DNA of 64,000 nucleotides from Patescibacteria group bacterium (GTDB lineage Bacteria; Patescibacteriota; Minisyncoccia; UBA6257; JAAZHW01): NCBI GenBank assembly GCA_026415775.1, contig JAOAGL010000001.1, positions 6,282 to 70,281 of the forward strand, read 5' to 3'. Shown piece by piece: positions 56,024 to 64,000 of this stretch (position 1 is its first letter; each line of letters starts with the position of its first letter). The notes under the pieces were generated by a model. It saw only the letters and a program-made list of their open reading frames with translations, ran no database searches and was not told where the DNA came from. The position numbers and the translations under genes were made by a program.

Positions 56024-57886
56024 TTAGTAAGACAAGTAGAGTGAACCAGTCTTGAAGTTATCCCAACCCCAAGTCTGTTCAACATCATTGGTAGTTGTAG
56101 CGCTAGTATTCCAAGTGATTTTACCAACACCAACTTGGAAGAAGCCATTTTGAGTTGAAGTGCTTAATTGAATAACGGCGCTCAACTCACAAGTGGCGGT
56201 TGAACCAGCGCTAATGCGGTAATAATTACCCTCTTCGGTAGCATTGGTTGTACAAGTAAAGTTGTAAGCTGTAGAAGCAGAAGTTGTACCAGCAACTAAT
56301 GTTCCGTAAGTATTAGCGCTTGTTTTGTCAATATAAATATCGTTGTTGTAAGCGGTAATACCTAAGGTAATTTTCGCATTACCAATGCTTTGAGGATGAT
56401 CAGCGCTACCAGCAGCTGTAAAGCTGGTTGTTCCCAAAGCAAACACTGGGGCTTTGACAAAGACGTATTGTTCATTGCCAGCCAAAGTGTAAGTGCTGCC
56501 AACGATATTGGAGTTGGCATCAAGACCCTGCAACCAAACATTGCTTGCTTTCACATAACTGCCAGCAACAAAAGTTGTGTCAGTTGTCGGAATTGAAGCA
56601 ATAATGGCTTTAACAATTAAGGTCTTGGTGGTGTTAGCAGCAATAGGTAAAGTGAAGTTTTCCCAGCTTACAGCACCATTGGTTGTGGTCCAAGTAGGAG
56701 CAGCGGTTTGAACGCGAGTGCTGCCATCCCACAACTCAACAGCGGTTACATAAGAAGTTGTAGTTGTATTCTGTACTACAACAGTGGTTGTCGCGCGATT
56801 TAAAGTAGCGCTGACATTGCTGTCGTTTTTAACAGTGAACTTAAGCAAGGTCACTGCTGTGGTATTGCTGGTTGAAGCAATCACATTGCTTTTGACTGGA
56901 TTATCAGTGGCTAAAGAAACAATGAGATTGGCTCTGTCAGCTTCGCCAACAGTACCAATTGTCGCTGACAAATTCTTGCTAGTGACATCCAAAGTGGTGT
57001 AAACCACACCAGCTGTATCAGTGTAAACAGTACTGCTGTTCATTGCCACTGTAAAGCTAGCAGCCAAAGCACTAGTTGTTAAGGTTGGCAACAAAGTAGC
57101 TTTGACAGTTAAAGTTTTCTTTTGGCCATTAGGAATAACCCAGTTCAAACCAGCAACATTTAAGGTGTAGTTGCTAGCGAAAACATTCTCAATCAAGTTG
57201 GCTTGATTAACAACTAATTCAGCTAATTTGGTTGAACCTTCCCACAAAGAAATTGTGGAGAACTTCTGCCAGGGCAACATATTGGAGCTGGTAGTGATAT
57301 CAATGCCGATTTTGCGGACAGTAATATCAGAACCAGTGGCTTTGAATTCGCCGGCAAAAAGTTCATAGGTTCCACCAGCGTAATAGGTATAAGCTGGATT
57401 AGCAACTGGTACTTTGTTGATTGATAAATTGCCGTAAGCAGCGGTGGTTGGAGTGGTTGTTGGAGCAGTAGTAGTGGTCTGTTGAGCAGTACCACAATAG
57501 AGCGAATTTAATTTAGCTCTTGTTGCTGGGCCAACAATACCAACCTGATCCAAACCGTATTTAGCTTGGAATTTTTTCACAGCTGCTTCGGTTAATGAAC
57601 CAAAGTAGCCAGTAACTAAACCTTCAGGATAAATTGAAGAGTCAGTCTTCAAGACTTGCTGCAAAGTGGTTACTTCTGGATCGCTCATACCCTTTTGAAG
57701 GGTCTTGGTGAAGCAACCAGTTGCAGTTGATCCGCCTTGAGCTGCCAACTGAGCTTGAAGTTGAGCAATTTGTTGGAGCAAGGCGTTGATTTGAGCTTGA
57801 AGCTCTTCAACGGTTGCGCCGTTAATTGGAGCAACCCAAGCCAAAGTTGTTAAGGCTAAGGCGATTGCAATAACTTTATTTTTCAT
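56024..57886 (-). CDS. Secreted cell-surface protein: signal peptide, coiled coil, peptidoglycan-binding domain, Thr-rich linker, large beta-rich domain
   Basis: 620 aa. ELQAQINALLQQIAQLQAQLAAQ coiled coil, PG_binding_1-like ...GLVTGYFGSLTEAAVKKFQAKYGLDQVGIVGPATRAKL, then TTTTAPTTTPTTAA linker. Terminator CTGCTCCCGCC-GAAA-GGCGGGAGCAG at 55948-55982. Confidence 0.6.
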   Translation of the reverse strand: MKNKVIAIALALTTLAWVAPINGATVEELQAQINALLQQIAQLQAQLAAQGGSTATGCFTKTLQKGMSDPEVTTLQQVLKTDSSIYPEGLVTGYFGSLTEAAVKKFQAKYGLDQVGIVGPATRAKLNSLYCGTAQQTTTTAPTTTPTTAAYGNLSINKVPVANPAYTYYAGGTYELFAGEFKATGSDITVRKIGIDITTSSNMLPWQKFSTISLWEGSTKLAELVVNQANLIENVFASNYTLNVAGLNWVIPNGQKKTLTVKATLLPTLTTSALAASFTVAMNSSTVYTDTAGVVYTTLDVTSKNLSATIGTVGEADRANLIVSLATDNPVKSNVIASTSNTTAVTLLKFTVKNDSNVSATLNRATTTVVVQNTTTTSYVTAVELWDGSTRVQTAAPTWTTTNGAVSWENFTLPIAANTTKTLIVKAIIASIPTTDTTFVAGSYVKASNVWLQGLDANSNIVGSTYTLAGNEQYVFVKAPVFALGTTSFTAAGSADHPQSIGNAKITLGITAYNNDIYIDKTSANTYGTLVAGTTSASTAYNFTCTTNATEEGNYYRISAGSTATCELSAVIQLSTSTQNGFFQVGVGKITWNTSATTTNDVEQTWGWDNFKTGSLYLSY

Positions 57887-58275
57887 AGGAATTAAAAGGA
57901 CCTTTTAATTCTCGACCAAAAGGAATCTAAAAGATTTCTTAAGGTCGATTTTGTTAGTTATAGCGCATTCTTTAACTCAATCGACCCGCCTCTCCAAATG
58001 GAGAAGCTTGAATTAAAGAAGGCTATTTTTTAACTTGCTTGACGCAAGTCTGCGAACTTTAGTTCGCAGAGGTAAAATTACTCTCTTAATAATCTTACCT
58101 CTATGAACTATTTTTTATTTGAAAAGAGCGAATATAACAAAAACCTAACGCTAAAAGCGCTATTTTATATTTTAATCAATTTTGATAAAAGAATCAAGCA
58201 TTTTCAAAAATATAGTCATTTGCTGGGTATTCATATAATAAAACGAAAAACAAAGGAAAAGGTTACATTTCCCCC

Positions 58276-58989
58276 TTAAAGCATCTGCCAAGTGCTGCTG
58301 GTTAGGATTAAACTAATTAAAATGGCCGAAAAAATCACTTCTGGCAAAAAATGCTTAAAATTAAAGAGGTTTTGAATGGTTAAAAGCATTGTTTCGTTGG
58401 CCAAAATAAACAAAATCAACCAGACGCCAGCTAAACTCAAAAAATTAATGGGCAAAAAATTTAAAACCCAAAGAAACTCCAAAAGCACAAAAGCTGGAAC
58501 CAACGCTATCAAAGAACGATTTTGATTTTGCAATTCAAAAAGATAGCGATAACTTTCTAAATAAAGGTAAAGCGCTAAAAAGAATAATAATTGTTTGAAA
58601 AAGAAATTTTCAAAAAGATTGGAGCGGAAGAAAAAATAAGCCATCGCGCCAAAAACAATCGGCGAAAAAATGCGAAAAAAATCTGGCGATTGCATAAAAC
58701 GTTTATAGAAAATAATTAGTGGGTAAAGAACTAAATAGCCGATAATAATAAATATCTGGCTGGTGATATTTGTCCACTGAAAAACCTGGGGAACAATCAA
58801 AAAAAGAATAAAAACCAAAAAAAGAGGCCAAATTCTAAAAAAGTTTTGTTTGAAGGAGCTTTCTTCTGTTTTTAATCGCTCAAAAAGATAATAAAAGAAA
58901 AATAGAATGGCAAAAACTAGCCAAAAATAAGAGAAATTTTTCCATAAATAAATTACTGATGATAAAAAGCTGAAAATAAAGGATATCAT
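58276..58989 (-). CDS. Hypothetical polytopic membrane protein
   Basis: 237 aa, about 7 hydrophobic segments. 4-bp overlap with clpB suggests co-transcription. Confidence 0.4.
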   Translation of the reverse strand: MISFIFSFLSSVIYLWKNFSYFWLVFAILFFFYYLFERLKTEESSFKQNFFRIWPLFLVFILFLIVPQVFQWTNITSQIFIIIGYLVLYPLIIFYKRFMQSPDFFRIFSPIVFGAMAYFFFRSNLFENFFFKQLLFFLALYLYLESYRYLFELQNQNRSLIALVPAFVLLEFLWVLNFLPINFLSLAGVWLILFILANETMLLTIQNLFNFKHFLPEVIFSAILISLILTSSTWQML

Positions 58990-61637
58990 TTTTTCTTGGG
59001 AACTTTGGATTTATGGCCGACGCCCAAAAAATTGATTTGGTTGTTGGAAGAAAGGGTGATTTTAATTTTATCTCCAGCTGAAATTTCGTTTGAAACAATT
59101 TTGGAAGCCAAAGGGTCTAAAATAAGGCGCTGGATAACACGTTTTAATTCTCGAGCGCCGAATTCAGGGCTAAAACCTTCTTTAGCCAAATAAGTCTTTA
59201 CTTCAGATGAAATTTCTAATTTAATATCTTTTTGTTCTAATCGCTTACTAACATTTTTTAATTGAATTTCCACAATCTGCTCAATATCTTTTTGAGTTAA
59301 TGGGTTGAAAATAATAATTTCGTCAATGCGATTTAAAAATTCGGGGCGAAATCTTTCTTTAAGAGCTAATCGTATTTTCTCTTTTAGACTTTTGGTTTCG
59401 AGGGTTTCTTTGCTTTCCCCATTATCGGTTTTAAAACCCAGTTCAGACATCTGCTCTAAATACTGGCTACCAACATTAGAAGTCATAATAATGATGGTGT
59501 TTTTGAAATTAACCGTCCTTCCTTTGGCGTCAGTTAATCGGCCATTGTCTAGAATTTGAAGAAGAATATTGAATACTTCTGGATGAGCTTTTTCAATTTC
59601 ATCAAACAAAATTAAGCTATAAGGTCGATGTTTTATTAATTCGGTTAATTGCCCGCCTTCTTCATAGCCGACATAACCGGGCGGTGAACCAATCAAACGA
59701 CTGACTGTATGCTTTTCCATATATTCACTCATATCAATTCTAATCATTGCTTTTTCATCATTGAACATAAATTCAGCCAGAGCTCGCGCCAATTCAGTTT
59801 TACCAACGCCAGTCGGACCCAAAAACATAAAAGAGCCGATGGGTTTGTCTTCTTCGGCTAAACCAGCGCGACCGCGACGAATGGCATTTGCCACTGCCTT
59901 AATTGCCTCCTCTTGTCCTACTATTCTTTGATGAAGCGCTTCTTCTATTTTATTTAATTTCTCCGCTTCGCTTTCAAGCATTTTACTGACAGGAATACCA
60001 GTCCATTGGGAAACAACCTTGGCAATGTCTTCTTCATCAATTTGCTCCTTAAATAATTTTTGTTTGTTGGCTTTGATTTTTTTCTCCAGCTCCTCCAATT
60101 TCTTTTCGGTTTGGGGAATTTCACCATAAATCAGGCGAGCGACTTTTTCTAAATCGCCCTGCAATTCGGCAATTTCTTTCTCTTTTTTCAAATCATCTAT
60201 TTTTTTGCGAAGAGTATGAACTTCCTCAATAATTTTTCTATTGCCACTCCATTTATTATTGGCTTTTTTAAATTCTTCTTTAAGTTTTTTTAACTCTGCT
60301 TCAATTTTTTTAAGGCGGGCGCTTTGATTTTTTTCTTTTTTCAACGCCTGCTTTTCAATTTCTAAATTAAGCATTTTTCTTTTAATAGCTTCTAACTCTG
60401 GCGGGGTGCTGTCTAACTCTAAACGACGCGCGGCCGCTGCTTCATCAATCAAATCAATGGCTTTATCAGGCAAAAAACGATCAGTGATATAACGCGCTGA
60501 TAGATTAACAGCAGCAACTAAAGCATTATCAGTAATTTTAATGCCATGGTGCGATTCGTATTTTTCTTTTATACCTCTTAAAATAGCAATCGCTTCTTCA
60601 ATGGACGGCTCCTCAACCAATACTGGTTGGAACCTTCTTTCCAAAGCTGGGTCTTTTTCAATGTGACGTTGATAATCTTTCAAAGTTGTAGCGCCAATAG
60701 CGCGCAATTCGCCGCGAGCAAGAGGTGGTTTTAAAACATTAGAAGCATCAATCGCGCCTTCCGCAGCGCCAGCGCCGACAATCATATGAATTTCATCAAT
60801 AAAAAGAATATATTTTCCTTCGGCAGCTTTAATTTCTTTAATAAAAGCTTTGAGACGCTCTTCAAATTCACCGCGGAATTTTGTACCAGCAACCATGCCA
60901 GGCAAATCCAAGGAAATAATTTCTTTATTTTTCAAACTTTCTGGCACTTCACCATTAACAATTTTTTGTGCTAATCCCTCAACAATAGCTGTTTTCCCAA
61001 CGCCTGGCTCACCAATAAGCATTGGATTATTTTTAGTTCGGCGCGACAAAATTTGAATAACTCGATAAAGCTCATCTTCTCGGCCAATTACTGGGTCTAA
61101 TTTCTGCTCGCGCGCTAATTGAGTTAAATTCACCGCATATTTTTCTAAAACTTGAAATTTGTTTTCGGGAGTTTCATCAGTCACTCTTTGGCTGCCGCGA
61201 ATTTCTTTGAGGGCTTTCAAAATATTTTCTCGGCTGATATTAAATTTGGAAAAAACTAACTTCAGGTCGGTTGCCATTTCAATTAAACCGAGAAACAAAT
61301 GTTCACAAGAAACAAATTCATCTTTTAATTCAGCAGCCTCTTTGGCTGAACGATCCAAAACTTTAATTAAATCTTGCGAAAGATAAAGCTGTCCAACATT
61401 AGCGTTAACGACAAATAATTTCGGCAAACGATTGATTTCTGCCTCTAAAAAATTGGCTAAAGCGTTTAAATTAACACCCAAACGCGATAAAATCATTGGC
61501 ACTACTCCGCCCTCCTGAACTACCAAAGTGTAAAATAGATGGATTGGTTTAAGCTCGCCTTGATTTTTACTCACGGCCAATTCTTGAGCGGCTTGTAATG
61601 CTTCTTGAGCTTTTAATGTAAAACGGTTAAATGGCAT
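58986..61637 (-). CDS. clpB: ATP-dependent chaperone ClpB
   Basis: 883 aa. Clp N-domain, two AAA+ modules (GEPGVGKT and GPTGVGKT Walker A), middle coiled-coil domain, and ClpB-type C-terminus. Confidence 0.9.
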   Translation of the reverse strand: MPFNRFTLKAQEALQAAQELAVSKNQGELKPIHLFYTLVVQEGGVVPMILSRLGVNLNALANFLEAEINRLPKLFVVNANVGQLYLSQDLIKVLDRSAKEAAELKDEFVSCEHLFLGLIEMATDLKLVFSKFNISRENILKALKEIRGSQRVTDETPENKFQVLEKYAVNLTQLAREQKLDPVIGREDELYRVIQILSRRTKNNPMLIGEPGVGKTAIVEGLAQKIVNGEVPESLKNKEIISLDLPGMVAGTKFRGEFEERLKAFIKEIKAAEGKYILFIDEIHMIVGAGAAEGAIDASNVLKPPLARGELRAIGATTLKDYQRHIEKDPALERRFQPVLVEEPSIEEAIAILRGIKEKYESHHGIKITDNALVAAVNLSARYITDRFLPDKAIDLIDEAAAARRLELDSTPPELEAIKRKMLNLEIEKQALKKEKNQSARLKKIEAELKKLKEEFKKANNKWSGNRKIIEEVHTLRKKIDDLKKEKEIAELQGDLEKVARLIYGEIPQTEKKLEELEKKIKANKQKLFKEQIDEEDIAKVVSQWTGIPVSKMLESEAEKLNKIEEALHQRIVGQEEAIKAVANAIRRGRAGLAEEDKPIGSFMFLGPTGVGKTELARALAEFMFNDEKAMIRIDMSEYMEKHTVSRLIGSPPGYVGYEEGGQLTELIKHRPYSLILFDEIEKAHPEVFNILLQILDNGRLTDAKGRTVNFKNTIIIMTSNVGSQYLEQMSELGFKTDNGESKETLETKSLKEKIRLALKERFRPEFLNRIDEIIIFNPLTQKDIEQIVEIQLKNVSKRLEQKDIKLEISSEVKTYLAKEGFSPEFGARELKRVIQRLILDPLASKIVSNEISAGDKIKITLSSNNQINFLGVGHKSKVPKKK

Positions 61638-61641
61638 ATTA

Positions 61642-62940
61642 TTAAAAGTTATCCGGACGTTCTCCTAAAATTAATTCTATATTGATTTCTTGTTTATCCC
61701 GCAAAACTTTCAAATTAACTTTATCACCAACTTTATATTTTTTCAAAATGGCAGTTAAAGTATTAGTGGCGGTAATTTTTTCGCCATTAAATTCTAAAAT
61801 AATATCACCTTCTTTAAGCCCAGCTTTTTCCGCTGGCGAGCCGGAGATAATTGCTGATTCTTTGCTGGACCCGCTATTAATCCAAGCGCCATAATCAACC
61901 GACAAATTATTTTGTTTTTGAATAGCGGAATTAACAATTGTGTATTTTATGCCAATAAACGGCGCGGTAATTTTCCCAAATTTTTGATAAGATTCAAGGG
62001 CTTTTTTAGCGCGATTAATCGGAATAGCAAAACCGATATTTTCAGCGCCAGAAGCAATAGCAGTGTTAATACCAATTACTTCACCTTTCAAATTAATTAA
62101 TGGGCCACCTGAATTGCCTAAATTAATCGCCGCGTCAGTTTGAATAACATTATCAATAGATTCAATATTGCCATAAGCGTCAGAAGCCATTACTGAGCGC
62201 GATAAACCTGAAACAACACCCACCGAAACTGTATTTCGAAATTCACCCAAAGCGTTTCCGATAGCAATTACCGTTTGGCCAACTTTAATGCCATCAGAAT
62301 CCCCTAGTTTTAAAGTTTTGAGATTTTGCGCTTCAATTTTTATCAAAGCAATATCATCAATAGGGTCAAGCGCTAAAACTTTAGCGTCATATTTTGTACC
62401 ATTATTAAGATAAACAGTATAACTAGCATCTTTGTCATTAACCACGTGCTTATTTGTTAAAATCAAACCATCAGACGAAATAATAAAACCAGTGCCGCCA
62501 CCGATTTCTTTTTTCTCTGTGCCTTTTTGACGATATTGAGGAATATTAAATTGGAAAAATGGTCCGAAAAATTCCTGCCAATCTTGGGGCAAATTACCAA
62601 AAGGATTGGTATAATATTGCTCAAAAATTGGAACATCTTTAGAAACAATGATACTCACTACTGCATTAGCCGATTGTTCAACGATATCAATAATTCTTTG
62701 CTCATAGGCTAAATCTGGTTCATAAAACGCTGGTGTTGGTGCGGGCGTAGGCGTTGCTTTTTCAAACCAGTTTTGGGGAATTAAATTTTTCGGGATTAAG
62801 TTTTTAAGATTATCAAAAATGCTGGCTGTAAAATTAGAACTCGAATAAGCAATTTGATGCGAAAACAAAACTCCAACAACAGCACCAACTAAACTGCTTA
62901 AAATAATAACCGAAATCAAAAATTTGGTGTTGAACTTCAT
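61642..62940 (-). CDS. htrA: HtrA/DegP-family serine protease with PDZ domain
   Basis: 432 aa. N-terminal TM, catalytic LTNKHVV (His), DIALIKI (Asp), GNSGGPLIN (Ser), and C-terminal PDZ. Confidence 0.85.
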   Translation of the reverse strand: MKFNTKFLISVIILSSLVGAVVGVLFSHQIAYSSSNFTASIFDNLKNLIPKNLIPQNWFEKATPTPAPTPAFYEPDLAYEQRIIDIVEQSANAVVSIIVSKDVPIFEQYYTNPFGNLPQDWQEFFGPFFQFNIPQYRQKGTEKKEIGGGTGFIISSDGLILTNKHVVNDKDASYTVYLNNGTKYDAKVLALDPIDDIALIKIEAQNLKTLKLGDSDGIKVGQTVIAIGNALGEFRNTVSVGVVSGLSRSVMASDAYGNIESIDNVIQTDAAINLGNSGGPLINLKGEVIGINTAIASGAENIGFAIPINRAKKALESYQKFGKITAPFIGIKYTIVNSAIQKQNNLSVDYGAWINSGSSKESAIISGSPAEKAGLKEGDIILEFNGEKITATNTLTAILKKYKVGDKVNLKVLRDKQEINIELILGERPDNF

Positions 62941-62976
62941 AGTTTGATTATACGAATAGAAAAAAATATCGGCAAA

Positions 62977-63174
62977 TTAAGGAATGTATTTAATTAAACC
63001 AAGATATCTAGCGCGTTTAATGGCTTTTGACAATCTTTTTTGATGTTTGCGGCATAAACCAGTTTTTTTAGCTGGTAAAATTTTAGCCTGAAAAGACATA
63101 AAACGCGGCAAAAGCGTTACATCCTTGTAATCTACCTCATCTACGTTTTGACTACAAAAAAAACATTGTTTCAT
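62977..63174 (-). CDS. rpsR: 30S ribosomal protein S18
   Basis: 65 aa. CFFCSQNVDEVDYKDVTLLPRFMS...GLCRKHQKRLSKAIKRARYLGL is the S18 signature. Confidence 0.85.
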   Translation of the reverse strand: MKQCFFCSQNVDEVDYKDVTLLPRFMSFQAKILPAKKTGLCRKHQKRLSKAIKRARYLGLIKYIP

Positions 63175-63187
63175 ATTATTTTATCAA

Positions 63188-63652
63188 TTAAAATGGCAAG
63201 TCGTCAGCGGAAATTTCATCTTCGGAAACAATCGGAATATCTGATTCAATATTTACTTCATCCAAATTGGCTGGCGGTTCTATATCAACACCTTCAGAAG
63301 CTGGAACATTGGCGGCAGAAGAAGTTGAGCGCGGTCCCAATTGAAAATTCTGAGCAATAATTTCTGTCCGCGAATGACGAACGCCATTTTGGTCAGTCCA
63401 ATTTCTGGTTTTTAGTCGACCCTCAATAAAAACTAGTTTGCCTTTAGTTAAATAACGGCTGGCTGTTTCAGCTAATTTGCCCCAAACAACAATATTATGG
63501 AATTCAACTTCACTTTGTCTCTGTCCATTTTTATCAGTCCAGATGCGATTGGTAGCCACGCCAAATGTAGCAACACTCTGGCCGCTTGGCGTGGTTCTTA
63601 ATTCGGGATCGCGAGTTAAATTGCCTAAAATAAATACTCTATTAAAATTCAT
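63188..63652 (-). CDS. ssb: Single-stranded DNA-binding protein
   Basis: 154 aa. OB-fold N-terminus MNFNRVFILGNLTRDPELRTTPSGQSVATF..., acidic C-terminal tail ending DDLPF. Confidence 0.9.
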   Translation of the reverse strand: MNFNRVFILGNLTRDPELRTTPSGQSVATFGVATNRIWTDKNGQRQSEVEFHNIVVWGKLAETASRYLTKGKLVFIEGRLKTRNWTDQNGVRHSRTEIIAQNFQLGPRSTSSAANVPASEGVDIEPPANLDEVNIESDIPIVSEDEISADDLPF

Positions 63653-63683
63653 ATTTTTGAAACTAAAAGACCTTTCTTAATTA

Positions 63684-64000
63684 TTATACCAATTTTTGAA
63701 TTTCTTCCAATTTTTCTTCTAATTTCTCAAAATCTGGCTCTGGTTTTTTCTCTTCTGAAGCAGCGGCGATTTCGCTTATTGGTTGAGGCGCGCTTTTGGA
63801 TTCTTTGGCTAATTTTGGTTGACTTGTTAGTTTCTTATATTTTGGCGGAGGAGTCACAATTAAATAGCGCAAAATATTTTTTTCATACGATAATTGTTCT
63901 TTAAAATCCGCCAATTTATCAGGCTCTAACTCAAACCAAAAATAACCAAAATATGCTTCGGTTTCTTTTTTGATGGGATAGGATAAATTGATTTTATTGA
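63684..64000 (-). CDS. rpsF: 30S ribosomal protein S6 (partial; N-terminus beyond the window end)
   Basis: The reading frame stays open upstream of the ORF-track Met to the window edge (...YFGYFWFELEPDKLADFKEQLSYEKNILRYLIV...), matching the S6 core. Conserved rpsF-ssb-rpsR order. Acidic/Lys-rich C-terminal tail. Confidence 0.7.
   Translation of the reverse strand, partial: NKINLSYPIKKETEAYFGYFWFELEPDKLADFKEQLSYEKNILRYLIVTPPPKYKKLTSQPKLAKESKSAPQPISEIAAASEEKKPEPDFEKLEEKLEEIQKLV

Noticed and set aside
63684-63914. Stand-alone 76-aa ORF starting MADFKEQ...
   Set aside because: The frame stays open upstream to the window edge and the upstream translation matches ribosomal protein S6. I annotate it as the 3' part of rpsF, not as an independent gene. 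The ORF-track start corresponds to an internal TTG codon.

Overview
The window is low-GC (about 30%, my estimate), gene-dense and mostly coding on the minus strand. It looks like a reduced-genome bacterium, possibly Patescibacteria/CPR. That lineage call is inference from short MetRS, ValRS and IF-2, many peptidoglycan-binding and coiled-coil surface proteins, and an O-antigen-ligase/TPR fusion.

Main content:
- Housekeeping genes: metG, valS, tyrS, infB, efp, purN, queA with a yhhQ-type queuosine-precursor transporter, clpB, htrA, rpsR-ssb-rpsF, PolX, Nudix, RNase J-like, RluA and TatD.
- RNA genes: four tRNAs (Ser-CGA, Val-GAC, Ala-CGC, Ala-GGC) plus a degenerate tRNA-Ala fragment.
- Surface glycan locus at about 4.9-13.7 kb: three GT4, one GT2, two SAM methyltransferases, an AsnB-type amidotransferase and a Wzx flippase. 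A PMT-family mannosyltransferase sits at the window start and an O-antigen-ligase/TPR protein at 47.3-49.8 kb.
- Cell-wall genes: L,D-transpeptidase/DD-carboxypeptidase fusion, PAP2 phosphatase, lytic transglycosylase and several peptidoglycan-binding-domain proteins.

Most interesting candidates:
1. A compact putative RiPP locus at 16.3-19.0 kb: a Cys/Asp-rich precursor-like peptide, an HExxH protein and a radical-SAM/SPASM maturase with an N-terminal extension.
2. A roughly 1.65 kb GC-rich (about 50%) two-gene insertion at 52.47-54.13 kb, with each gene behind a copy of a conserved promoter, plus a second GC-rich patch at 32.8-33.8 kb (lipoprotein plus PIN-like protein).
3. A repeated near-consensus promoter module (TTGACT-N17-TGaTATAAT) found four times within about 2.5 kb.
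4. A promoter-to-terminator unit of about 150 nt that has only a 10-codon ORF (candidate sRNA).
5. An intact tRNA-Ala(GGC) next to a truncated copy interrupted by a GC-rich perfect palindrome.
6. Two large repeat proteins: 9 x ~44-aa repeats, and 7 x 102-bp HEAT-like DNA-level tandem repeats.

No CRISPR array, rRNA, transposase or integrase was recognised.
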